A stretch of 64,000 bases of DNA from Oceanispirochaeta sp. (lineage in GTDB: Bacteria; Spirochaetota; Spirochaetia; DSM-2461), in NCBI GenBank assembly GCA_963666275.2, contig CAXXOA010000002.1, positions 288,001 through 352,000 of the forward strand, given 5' to 3'. A program made the translations under genes and the position numbers. The notes under the pieces are model-generated. The model ran no database searches. It had not been told where the DNA came from and saw only the letters and a list, made by a program, of their open reading frames with translations. This document shows positions 30,715 to 39,844 of this stretch, piece by piece (the stretch's first letter is position 1; the number at the start of each line of letters is the position of its first letter).

Positions 30715-30742
30715 ATTTTAATGAAAAATCTTTTTCAGTCAA
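30715..30742 (-). promoter_or_regulatory. pckG promoter with a palindromic operator in the spacer
   Basis: TTGACT-N16-TAAAAT; TGAAAAA-N2-TTTTTCA at 30722-30737. Confidence 0.6.
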
Positions 30743-30797
30743 GCAATTAGAGGGGTGAAAACAGAGAACTCACTGCTGTTCACCACTATAAAGGTTA

Positions 30798-31166
30798 TTA
30801 GATAAGAGGTTTTTCTTCCAGTGAAAAAACAATGACTTTTTCCCCCGTCTTGGTACTCAGATCAGAATGAAGACTCTGTACGGAGACATTCAGAAGATCC
30901 TTGATAACAGATTCGAGAAGGGGACGGCCTTTTTCCAGCAGAGCATGACGCATCCTTTTGATAAGGACTCTTCCATCATTGGGATCATTGGACCCGGCCA
31001 GCTGTTTTTCTGCCGGTGTCAGAACATCTTTCAGTTTGACAATAACCATATCATCCACAATATACGCTCTGGATTCCAGAGGACCTCTCCCCATAAACTC
31101 TTTTTCAAAACGGATGACCGCTTCGCTGATTTCCGCCTCGATCTGCCCTTTCGTTTTCGGAGTCAT
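30798..31166 (-). CDS. DUF2294 / MpsC-family protein
   Basis: TKGQIEAEISEAV..FEKEFMGRGP, LTPAEKQL, LHSDLSTKTGEKVIVF; GGAGG RBS favours ATG 31166. Confidence 0.85.
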   Translation of the reverse strand: MTPKTKGQIEAEISEAVIRFEKEFMGRGPLESRAYIVDDMVIVKLKDVLTPAEKQLAGSNDPNDGRVLIKRMRHALLEKGRPLLESVIKDLLNVSVQSLHSDLSTKTGEKVIVFSLEEKPLI

Positions 31167-31286
31167 TGCTCCCTCCCGGTTTTTTATGGTGATAATACAG
31201 AATTTCCCTGAATTTCCCAAGAGGAATTGAATGAAACATACATGATATTGAATAAATATTTATCTAAATTTGTCCAGGATACGGAT

Positions 31287-31802
31287 TCAGAAGCGGGAAA
31301 ACTTTTCAAGCCTTTCCAGTTCATCCAGAAAGTTGGGGGTGAATTTCTCCCGGGGAGTTCTCCGGATCTCCTGAAGGGACCAGAACCGCCCCTTTTCAAT
31401 CTCCTGAGGATCCGTTTCTATGGGGCCGTCCCAGACGCAGCGATAGGTTTTAACGTATTCTGATTCATAGGAATTTCTGTGCAGATAGGTGTAGAGAAAC
31501 TCAACCTTCACACCGCTGATCCCCAGTTCCTCCCGCATCTCCCTCAAGGCGGCATCATCATAGGACTCTCCGGCGTCCACATGACCGCCTACAGAAGTAT
31601 CCCATTTCCCCGGCTGCACATCCTTTTTGATACTCCGCTTCTGCAGGAACAACTCTCCTGAATGATCAAAAACCAGGACATGTGCCACCCGATGGATCAG
31701 AGAGGGATTTCCATGAACCTCCTCCCGTGCCGCCTGCCCGATAACTCTATCCTGCTCATCGACAACATCAAAAATTTCACCGGAACTGTTCAAGCGTTTC
31801 AT
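31287..31802 (-). CDS. NUDIX hydrolase (IDI-like/YfcD-like)
   Basis: IHRVAHVLVF, LQKRS..KD..PGKWD, GGHVDAGE...AALREMREELG Nudix box. Confidence 0.88.
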   Translation of the reverse strand: MKRLNSSGEIFDVVDEQDRVIGQAAREEVHGNPSLIHRVAHVLVFDHSGELFLQKRSIKKDVQPGKWDTSVGGHVDAGESYDDAALREMREELGISGVKVEFLYTYLHRNSYESEYVKTYRCVWDGPIETDPQEIEKGRFWSLQEIRRTPREKFTPNFLDELERLEKFSRF

Positions 31803-31863
31803 TCAGAACCTCCTGCCTGAAGTATAGGATAACCCGGTTTTTTTAAAAACTCATAGGAAAAAC

Positions 31864-33240
31864 ATGGAGATAAAAAAGGCTGTCTCCGATAATAGGAACA
31901 TGATGCCACTGCAGATCCTCAATCCAAACAATAAAAAGAAAATACTCTGGGATGCTTTTATCCTAGCACTCACTATCGTAATCACCCTTATAATCCCCCT
32001 TATAACCGTATATAGAATTCCCATGAAGGGCGGACTGCTGCTGTTCGATTTTTTCATTTCCATGATGTTTATCGTGGACATCTATCTGGAATCCCATACC
32101 GGATTCTATGAACAGAGAGAACTTATCGATGACAGAGAGACTGTGTTCAAAGAGTACAGACGCAGATATCTCTATCTGGATATTGTGGCTGCTCTTCCTC
32201 TCTATATGTTTCTGACCCTGTTCAACAACCCCCTGATTATGGAAATAGCCATCTACGTCAATATGCTGCGGCTGGTTAAGATTTTCAGAATCGGTCGAAC
32301 CATTTCCCGCATAAGAAACAGCAAGAGGATGAATCCCAGCTTTATCCGGATGGCCCTCCTGATTTTCTGGATTCTCATAGTAGCCCATCTGATTTCCTGC
32401 GGCTGGATTTTCATGACCGGAGGCCTGGGGGAGGCTGATCAGCTCAACCGTTACATTGTTGCCTTTTACTGGACAGTGACAACTCTGACAACCATCGGCT
32501 ACGGTGACGTGACTCCCGACACGGCCGACAATGCCCAGGTCATCTTCATAGTCATCATAGAGCTGATCGGTGCGGGTATGTACGGTTTTATCATTGGTAA
32601 TATTGCCAATATCATTGCCAATATCGACATTGCCAAATCCCAGTATCAGGAAAAGATGGAAAAGGTCACAACCTTCATGAAATACAAACATATCCCATCC
32701 GACCTGAAAGATAAAATAAATGACTATTACGAGTACCTCTGGGAGAGCCGGAGAGGCTATGACGAATCGTCCATCCTGGCGGATCTACCCAAACCCCTTC
32801 AGACATCCATATCCCTGTTCCTCAACAGAGATATCATTCAGAAAGTACCTTTGTTCCAGAATACCTCGGAGGAATTTATTAAAGACATTATTCTGAACCT
32901 GGAACCTGTTGTCTTCACTCCCGGAGACTATGTCGTTATCAAGGGAGAGATAGGATATGAGATGTACTTTATCAGCCGGGGTTCTGTGGATGTTGTCTCG
33001 GAAGATGAAAAGATTGTCTATGCCACCCTGGGAGCGGGATCTTTCTTCGGCGAAATAGCCCTTCTGTTCAGTGCCCCCAGAAATGCAACCATAAAAGCCA
33101 GGGAATACTGCGACTGCTACTCTCTGAACAAGGAAACCTTTGACGAGATCCTGGGACGATTCCCCGAATTTGCCAGAAAAATGCGGGAAGAAGCGGAAAA
33201 AAGGAAAGCTGAAACCGAACAGAAACAGAAGGATAAATGA
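31864..33240 (+). CDS. Cyclic-nucleotide-gated potassium channel (SthK-like)
   Basis: Six TMs with S4 LRLVKIFRIGR, TTIGYGD filter, C-linker, CNBD FFGEIALL...PRNAT. Confidence 0.9.
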   Translation: MEIKKAVSDNRNMMPLQILNPNNKKKILWDAFILALTIVITLIIPLITVYRIPMKGGLLLFDFFISMMFIVDIYLESHTGFYEQRELIDDRETVFKEYRRRYLYLDIVAALPLYMFLTLFNNPLIMEIAIYVNMLRLVKIFRIGRTISRIRNSKRMNPSFIRMALLIFWILIVAHLISCGWIFMTGGLGEADQLNRYIVAFYWTVTTLTTIGYGDVTPDTADNAQVIFIVIIELIGAGMYGFIIGNIANIIANIDIAKSQYQEKMEKVTTFMKYKHIPSDLKDKINDYYEYLWESRRGYDESSILADLPKPLQTSISLFLNRDIIQKVPLFQNTSEEFIKDIILNLEPVVFTPGDYVVIKGEIGYEMYFISRGSVDVVSEDEKIVYATLGAGSFFGEIALLFSAPRNATIKAREYCDCYSLNKETFDEILGRFPEFARKMREEAEKRKAETEQKQKDK

Positions 33241-33261
33241 TTTATCCGCGCCCCTGTTTTT

Positions 33262-33293
33262 ACCCCCTTCCTCACTGAAGGGGGTTTTATTTT
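33262..33293 (+). terminator. Intrinsic terminator
   Basis: ACCCCCTTC/GAAGGGGGT stem followed by T-rich tail. Confidence 0.65.
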
Positions 33294-33385
33294 GCCTGAT
33301 GCATAAAGCGAAAAAGTCACTTTCCGGGCGACAGAACACCTGTCAGAAGCTATGAGGAATCACCCCAGCCGGAAGAAACGGAAGA

Positions 33386-36139
33386 TCAATCATCATCATT
33401 GAGCATCCGGGCACCCGGATTATCGGGAATATGGAGAATATCCCGGGGTTTACTTCCGTTCTGAGGGCCTACAATCCCCTGGATTTCCATTTCCTCCACC
33501 AGCCGGGCCGCCCGGTTGTATCCGATCTTCAAACGCCGCTGCAGATACGATGCGGATGCCTTTCCCGCCTGCATGACAATCTCCAGGGACTTATTGTAGA
33601 GAGGATCACTGAAAGAGCTGTCTCCTCCCCGGCTTTCGCTGTCGTACTCCTCTTCATCATCCAGAAAGATTTCATCATCGATATACTCGGGATCCCCCAG
33701 AGTTTTCACATAGGACACGACCCGCTCCACTTCGTCTTCCGAAAGGAATGAACCCTGCATTCTTGAAGGAAAAGGATCCCAGGCCGAGGTAAAGAGCATA
33801 TCCCCCTTACCAAGGAGCTTCTCCGCTCCCATCATATCGATGATAATCCTGGAGTCGGTTTTGCTGGCAACCATAAAGGCGATCCTGGAGGGAAAGTTTG
33901 CTTTGATCAGACCTGTAATTACATCGATAGAGGGCCGCTGGGTGGCCAGAACCAGGTGGATCCCCACCGCCCGGGACATAGCGGCCAGCCTGGCGACGAT
34001 CCCCTCCAGCTCTTTTCCCGAAGTCGCCATCAGGTCGGCAAACTCATCGATCACAAGGACGATGTAGGGGAGTTTTGTGGTGGCGATGTCTCTCTCTTTG
34101 ATCCTTTTGTTATAGCTTTTGATGTCACGGACCCCCATGGCATCCAGCAGGGAGTAGCGCCGTTCCATTTCATAAAGACACCACTGAACCGCCTGAAATG
34201 CCCGCTTGGGCTCTGTTATGACCGGAGTCAGGAGATGGGGGATATCATTGTAGAGCTTCAGTTCCACGATCTTGGGGTCCACCATCATAAGCTTGACTTC
34301 CTGGGGAGACTTTTTGAACAGAATGGAACAGATAAGGGAGTTTACACAGACCGACTTTCCCGACCCGGTAGACCCCGCGATGAGCAGGTGAGGAGTTCTG
34401 GCAAGATCGATGATCTGATTCTTTCCGCTGATATCCTTACCCAGAATAACGGGTATTTCAAACTCTCCTTCTCCAAAATCAACAGAACCCACAAGCTCAC
34501 TGAAAGAGACAATGGCCCTCTTTTTATTGGGCACCTCTATACCGATGGCCTGTTTGCCGGGAATGGGAGCCACGATCCTGATGCGGGAGGCGGCCAGACG
34601 AAGGGCCAGGTTATCCTGAAGGTTTACGATACGGGAAACCTTGACTCCCGGAGCCGGCTGGATTTCAAACATGGTAATAACTGGCCCTTTGGAGATACCT
34701 GAGACCTTAGCGTCAATCTTAAACTCCAGAAGGGTCTCTTCCAGAGCCCTAGCGGCCCGGCGGGTATCCTCATCGATCTGATCAAACCCATTATCGGGGT
34801 ACTCTTTCAGGAGCCCCGAAACCGGCACCTTATAGGCCTTTTTCCGATGATGCCTGGGTGGAAGCCCTCCGGAGATCGTACCGAGCTTTTCGGTTTCTCC
34901 GTCCGGACTGAGTTTATCCTCAACCGAGTGGGACTCCTCCTGGAATTCCTCATCTACCGGAAAATCCCCGGAATCCCCGTCCTGAGAGTCCATGGGTGCG
35001 CCGGTTCGCCAGGGATCAAGATCCTCAATACGGTCTCCCATATACCCGGCGTCCTCGTAGGCCTGGTCATCCGCTTCATCCTGATCAATCTCATCCAGGT
35101 ATTCGGGATACCCCCCTTCATCATAATCCGGAGAGCTTTCGGATTCGGGTGTATGATCAGAACCATGCGGAAGGTCAGGGTAATCTTCCTCCTGATCGAA
35201 ATCCTCCCTGGAAGGAGGGACAGGTTCCTCCCGGTTTACGGAAAGATCCTGCTCCATCAGAAACTCAATCCCCGGATCACTCACGGGATGAGAGAGCTCT
35301 TCCGGATCCTCTGCCTCCTGGAGCTGTTCCGGTTCTTCTGTTCCGGGCCTGCCAGTTCCGTGCTCTTCCCGGTCAACAAGGTCCGAAATGCTCAGAGTTT
35401 TCTCGGGATTAAAACCCTCCGGCTCGGAAACTGGACCAGTCTGCTCCCGGTCGGAACGGGAGAGAGAAGGTTTGAGAACCGAGGAGATCAGGGACTGGAT
35501 CTCACTGTCATCAGTTTCGGGTATAGGATCAATAGGCGCAGGCAGATCGGGAAAGGGAAATGTCTCTCTTGTATCTTCCACCGGTTCATCCTCTTCAGGA
35601 AGCTCCGTAGGGGCCGCAGGGGATGATCCGGAAAAACTCAGCCTGCTGAAATCAAAACCCTTTCGGATTTTCTGTACAGATTTATTCAGACTCATTGGCT
35701 CTCCGGGCAGCCGTGGCAGCCAGGAGAGATCGGGAAAAATGAGATTGACAAGCTTATACACAAGGGCAGTTTCCACAGCCAGAAGAGCCAGAAGGAACAG
35801 GGAAGACAGGACAGTCCCCAGCTGATCTATCATGATCCTGGACAGCGCGATATTTCTGTTGCCTGAAAGGACGTGCAGCAGGGCTGTTAAGGTCAGAAAG
35901 GGAAAAATCGAAAGGTTCAGTCCGGCTAAAAGTTTCTGGCTCTTTTCCGCCAGCAGCGCATAGGCGCAGGCAATCAGGAAAAAAGGTATATACAGAGAAA
36001 CCAGATGGAAGGATGAGACAAGAAAAGCTCCCAGACCATTTGGAACACCCGAGGCTCCGCCAATGATGACAACCAGTATTATTAAAGCCAGTCCGGTCAG
36101 GACGGCAGCGGCAATTTTCTGAAATTTTCTGGAATTCAC
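33386..36139 (-). CDS. ftsK: DNA translocase FtsK
   Basis: N-terminal TMs, acidic linker, HLLIAGSTGSGKS, IDEFADLM, LATQRPS, gamma domain LQRRLKIGYNRAA. Confidence 0.96.
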   Translation of the reverse strand: MNSRKFQKIAAAVLTGLALIILVVIIGGASGVPNGLGAFLVSSFHLVSLYIPFFLIACAYALLAEKSQKLLAGLNLSIFPFLTLTALLHVLSGNRNIALSRIMIDQLGTVLSSLFLLALLAVETALVYKLVNLIFPDLSWLPRLPGEPMSLNKSVQKIRKGFDFSRLSFSGSSPAAPTELPEEDEPVEDTRETFPFPDLPAPIDPIPETDDSEIQSLISSVLKPSLSRSDREQTGPVSEPEGFNPEKTLSISDLVDREEHGTGRPGTEEPEQLQEAEDPEELSHPVSDPGIEFLMEQDLSVNREEPVPPSREDFDQEEDYPDLPHGSDHTPESESSPDYDEGGYPEYLDEIDQDEADDQAYEDAGYMGDRIEDLDPWRTGAPMDSQDGDSGDFPVDEEFQEESHSVEDKLSPDGETEKLGTISGGLPPRHHRKKAYKVPVSGLLKEYPDNGFDQIDEDTRRAARALEETLLEFKIDAKVSGISKGPVITMFEIQPAPGVKVSRIVNLQDNLALRLAASRIRIVAPIPGKQAIGIEVPNKKRAIVSFSELVGSVDFGEGEFEIPVILGKDISGKNQIIDLARTPHLLIAGSTGSGKSVCVNSLICSILFKKSPQEVKLMMVDPKIVELKLYNDIPHLLTPVITEPKRAFQAVQWCLYEMERRYSLLDAMGVRDIKSYNKRIKERDIATTKLPYIVLVIDEFADLMATSGKELEGIVARLAAMSRAVGIHLVLATQRPSIDVITGLIKANFPSRIAFMVASKTDSRIIIDMMGAEKLLGKGDMLFTSAWDPFPSRMQGSFLSEDEVERVVSYVKTLGDPEYIDDEIFLDDEEEYDSESRGGDSSFSDPLYNKSLEIVMQAGKASASYLQRRLKIGYNRAARLVEEMEIQGIVGPQNGSKPRDILHIPDNPGARMLNDDD

Positions 36140-36155
36140 AGGACCTCCCCTATCA

Positions 36156-36182
36156 TTATCGGCTTCTGAGCAGACCTCTTGA
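36156..36182 (-). promoter_or_regulatory. sigma28-like promoter upstream of ftsK
   Basis: TCAA-N15-GCCGATAA followed by GGAGG RBS. Confidence 0.55.
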
Positions 36183-36206
36183 CCCCTCAGCCAAGAGGGA
36201 GACTGA

Positions 36207-37001
36207 CTAGAAAAAGATCAGACCGAGAATTCCCAGGGGTACCAGATAGAATGAAAAGTAAAAGAATTTGCCGTTATCGATCAGTTTCACAAGGAGTTTC
36301 AGAGCCAGAAAACCAGAAACCAGGGTGGTCACAAATGCCACGGCCAGAACAGGTAAAGAAACAGTATCCAGAAGGTTTCCCGCATCTTTCAGATCCAGAA
36401 GGAGAGCACCCAGAACCGCAGGGATGAAGATAAGGAATGAGTACTCAGCGGCAACATCACGGTTCATCTTTCTATAGAGACCAGTGGAAATGGTAATGCC
36501 CGAACGGGAAATCCCGGGAAGGACACCGAATCCCTGAGCGATCCCCATGATAAAACCATCAAGGAGGTTCAGCTCTCTGTAGGACCTGCCTGCAGGGGCT
36601 TTCCTTGTAAACCAGAGGATAACAGCCGTAACCAGGTACAGAGGGAAAACCACTTTCGGGGTAGACGATAGATCCAGACTGTCGATAAGCAGCCCCAGAA
36701 CGCCAGTTACAAAAACAGTCACAAGAAGAATCCCGATCAGACGCATATTGGACTTATCCTGATCATCCGATTTTCTGGCGATCCATTTCCCCAGAGAAAA
36801 AAGAAGTTCCACGACTTTTCTGCGGAACATGGCTATCACAACTATCAGCGTCGCTATGTGGAGCAGTACATCAAAAAGGACGGGGATCTCACCCAGTCCC
36901 ATAATATTCCTCATCATAAGAAGATGTCCAGAACTGGACACGGGCAGGAATTCAGTTACGCCCTGCAGTACGCCAAGAAAAATTCCCTGAATAAAATTCA
37001 T
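36207..37001 (-). CDS. uppP: Undecaprenyl-diphosphatase
   Basis: QGVTEFLPVSSSGHL, PGISRSG. Confidence 0.95.
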   Translation of the reverse strand: MNFIQGIFLGVLQGVTEFLPVSSSGHLLMMRNIMGLGEIPVLFDVLLHIATLIVVIAMFRRKVVELLFSLGKWIARKSDDQDKSNMRLIGILLVTVFVTGVLGLLIDSLDLSSTPKVVFPLYLVTAVILWFTRKAPAGRSYRELNLLDGFIMGIAQGFGVLPGISRSGITISTGLYRKMNRDVAAEYSFLIFIPAVLGALLLDLKDAGNLLDTVSLPVLAVAFVTTLVSGFLALKLLVKLIDNGKFFYFSFYLVPLGILGLIFF

Positions 37002-37022
37002 TAATAACCACCTGTATAATTA

Positions 37023-39167
37023 CTAGTTTACCTCAAAAGGCTGAAAAAACAGATCCAGCCATTCTGCCGGGGGCTGCCCTGTATTAAGATACCTGTATGT
37101 TCCCGCTGCGACAATGACTTTGCGCACATAATTCCTTGTTTCACTGTAGGGAATACTCTGAATGAACAACTGGAGATCCAGATCTCCGAAGCTCCTCTTC
37201 CACCGCCTCAGATTGCCGCCCCCTCCGTTGTAGGCAGCAAGGATTTCAGCATAACTGGAAGTCCAGGGTCTCTCTTTGAGCCAGTTCACATACAGGGCTC
37301 CCAGGCGGATATTATCCCCGGGATCGGCCAGATTCCAGCCTTCAATCCTGTAGCGTCCGGCCAGATCCGATGCGGTTGCCGGCATAAGCTGCATCAGCCC
37401 GACAGCTCCGGCATGGGATTCGATCGTTTTATGAAAAGCACTCTCCCGGCGGATGATCCCCAGAATCAGCTCTTCGGGTATACCCTGCTTCAAAGCGTGC
37501 AGATTCACTGGCAGAGTCCTGTCCTGCGGATAGAGCCAGGGAATCAGATGGAGAGCCTGCTCCGGAGGCCAGCGGTAGTACCAGTAACCCGTAAACTGTA
37601 TGCACCGGTAGAACTCTCCCATTTTGAAAAGCCGGCTGCTGAACATATCCACAACATGGGGACTCAGGGAGTCATGCCTTCTGTTCCAGAGCGCCCAGCC
37701 CAGCTCAATCTGCCCCGCTTCCAGAACAATCCTGTAAACCTGTTCAACCGCTTCCTCATCAGGATCCAGACCGGCGGCAGCGGCAGAGTCTTCCCGCTCC
37801 TCGAAAAGAGGCCATACTCCGGGAGAGGAAACAAGGTAGTAATATCCCAGAGGATCCCTCTCCAGACTCTCCGTATAAAAAGAGGAGCTGAAGAAATCGG
37901 GTCTCCTGAGTCTGCCGTCTTTTACAGCCTGATTCAGAAGAAATGCTCCCTGGGAGGTTGGCTGCTTCAGCTCCGTTCCGCCCAGAATCTCCACAGTCTC
38001 TGCGAGATGAACCCAGTCCTTCCTGCGGACCAGATAGGTGAAATACTCATCCAGAAGGTCATCAAAATAGGAGGAATCCCCCCAGTCCGGAGCATTCTCT
38101 GCCAGAAAAGGGGGAATCTCATCGGGACTGTTCCGGACGAGAAGTCTCATTTCATACCACAGGGCGCGCCGTACCTTTTCAAAAGAACCACCTGTTTCCC
38201 GGGCGGTCCTGTAGGAGGAGAGAGCCCCCTGATGATCGCCGGAACTCTCCTGAAGAGAACCGATCAGAAAAGCTCCCCCGTATCCCTGGTTTAAGAGATC
38301 AGCCGTCTCAAAGATCCTCAGCCAGGAAGAGGCAAACCGGTCCAGTCTGAGCATATCCCTCAGAGAGAGGAGAAAACTCTCGGGAAGGGGGCCGGCCGCT
38401 GCGAGAGTGTCCTGCCAGAGGGTCTTCAGCAGAGGCTCCGCCCGGTCATACTCTCTCTGCTCCAGGGCATTTTTCAGATGCAGAATATTCTGGACATCCG
38501 CATCCTCTTTCAGTGGGGATTTCCATAGAGAGAAAAAATCATAGAGATCTCCCGCACCGGCTGACAGGAGAATTCTGACCATCCGCTCTTTTGTAAGATC
38601 TCCGGTCTCCTCCAGAAAGGGGATTGCCCATAGTACATCAGCCTCTTCAGGGTGGGATATTGCATCCGCCCTGCCATGACTGCGATAGGCTGCCATGAGT
38701 GTCCTGTTCAGCCAGACCCGTCCGTTCTCATCAGGACCGATGAATGCAGAGGAGAACTCGGACAGGTCCTGCCATTTTTTCTTCCTTTTCAGAGATTCCG
38801 CCAGAAGGGTACGGGCCATGTCTCCCAGAGGATCTGTACCATCCGAAACCTGCTGAAGCAGAAAGTCTGCGAAACCGGAATATCCCTGATTCTCCAGAAG
38901 AAGGGAGGCGGCAAGCAGTTCTGAACGCCTGTAAGCTGTAAAAACGGTCTCGAAGGCTTTCGGACTGACCCTGCCAAGCCCCATGATCTCCCTGGTAGAG
39001 ACAGAGGAACCTGCCAGTGTTTTATCCAGAACAATCTGTACCCTTTTGATTCTGGACGAGGAGAACAGAAGGGCCCCTGTCACCAGAGAGGATACTACGA
39101 TGATAAGTGAAACAAAAAGGATGAGTGGAATTTTATCTCTTCTGCTGCTGAATGATGCAAATGTCAT
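37023..39167 (-). CDS. Membrane-anchored lytic transglycosylase (SLT domain)
   Basis: IIRRESAF, GAVGLMQLMP, AAYNGG, IPYSETRNYVRKV. Confidence 0.88.
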   Translation of the reverse strand: MTFASFSSRRDKIPLILFVSLIIVVSSLVTGALLFSSSRIKRVQIVLDKTLAGSSVSTREIMGLGRVSPKAFETVFTAYRRSELLAASLLLENQGYSGFADFLLQQVSDGTDPLGDMARTLLAESLKRKKKWQDLSEFSSAFIGPDENGRVWLNRTLMAAYRSHGRADAISHPEEADVLWAIPFLEETGDLTKERMVRILLSAGAGDLYDFFSLWKSPLKEDADVQNILHLKNALEQREYDRAEPLLKTLWQDTLAAAGPLPESFLLSLRDMLRLDRFASSWLRIFETADLLNQGYGGAFLIGSLQESSGDHQGALSSYRTARETGGSFEKVRRALWYEMRLLVRNSPDEIPPFLAENAPDWGDSSYFDDLLDEYFTYLVRRKDWVHLAETVEILGGTELKQPTSQGAFLLNQAVKDGRLRRPDFFSSSFYTESLERDPLGYYYLVSSPGVWPLFEEREDSAAAAGLDPDEEAVEQVYRIVLEAGQIELGWALWNRRHDSLSPHVVDMFSSRLFKMGEFYRCIQFTGYWYYRWPPEQALHLIPWLYPQDRTLPVNLHALKQGIPEELILGIIRRESAFHKTIESHAGAVGLMQLMPATASDLAGRYRIEGWNLADPGDNIRLGALYVNWLKERPWTSSYAEILAAYNGGGGNLRRWKRSFGDLDLQLFIQSIPYSETRNYVRKVIVAAGTYRYLNTGQPPAEWLDLFFQPFEVN

Positions 39168-39220
39168 AGATTATGGACGGGATCTCCTGAAAAAGTATCG
39201 GGAGTATACCTCAATTCCCC

Positions 39221-39787
39221 CTAAAAGGCCAGAGAGCGCCAGCAGTCTGTCAGATGATCATTCACAAGACCTGTGGCCTGAAGATGGGCATAAAGGATGA
39301 CGGGCCCCAGGAAAGAGAATCCCCTTCGTTTCATGTCCTTACTGATTGTACGGGACAGTTCTGTTTCTGCCGGAACCTGATCCATGGAGGACCAGTGATT
39401 GACAACAGGTTTATCACCGACAAATCCCCACAGATAAGCGGAAAATGAACCGAACTCTTCCTGAAGGTCCAGAAAGATCCGAGCGTTCCTGATGGAGGCT
39501 TCTATTTTTTTTCTGTTTCTGATAATTCCCGCATCATTCAGGAGACCCTCGACGTCCCCCTCATCAAACTGAGCGACCTTCCGGGGATCAAAATCCCGAT
39601 AAGCCCTCCGATAGGCTTCCCTTCTTTTCAGAATGGTCAGCCAGCTCAGACCGGCCTGTGCTGATTCCAGGACAAGGAATTCAAACTGTTTTCTGTCATC
39701 CCGTACAGGGACGCCCCACTCTTCATCGTGATACCGGATATACAGGGGATCATTAAGACACCAGGGGCATCTGATTTTTTCTGCCAT
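39221..39787 (-). CDS. tag: DNA-3-methyladenine glycosylase I
   Basis: RCPW, YHDEEWG, QAGLSW, IIRNRKKI, GLVNDH...C. Confidence 0.95.
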   Translation of the reverse strand: MAEKIRCPWCLNDPLYIRYHDEEWGVPVRDDRKQFEFLVLESAQAGLSWLTILKRREAYRRAYRDFDPRKVAQFDEGDVEGLLNDAGIIRNRKKIEASIRNARIFLDLQEEFGSFSAYLWGFVGDKPVVNHWSSMDQVPAETELSRTISKDMKRRGFSFLGPVILYAHLQATGLVNDHLTDCWRSLAF

Positions 39788-39844
39788 AGACTCTCCCGCT
39801 GACTTTTAGTATAGCACATCAGCGGGAAAATCCTGCGGCATTGA

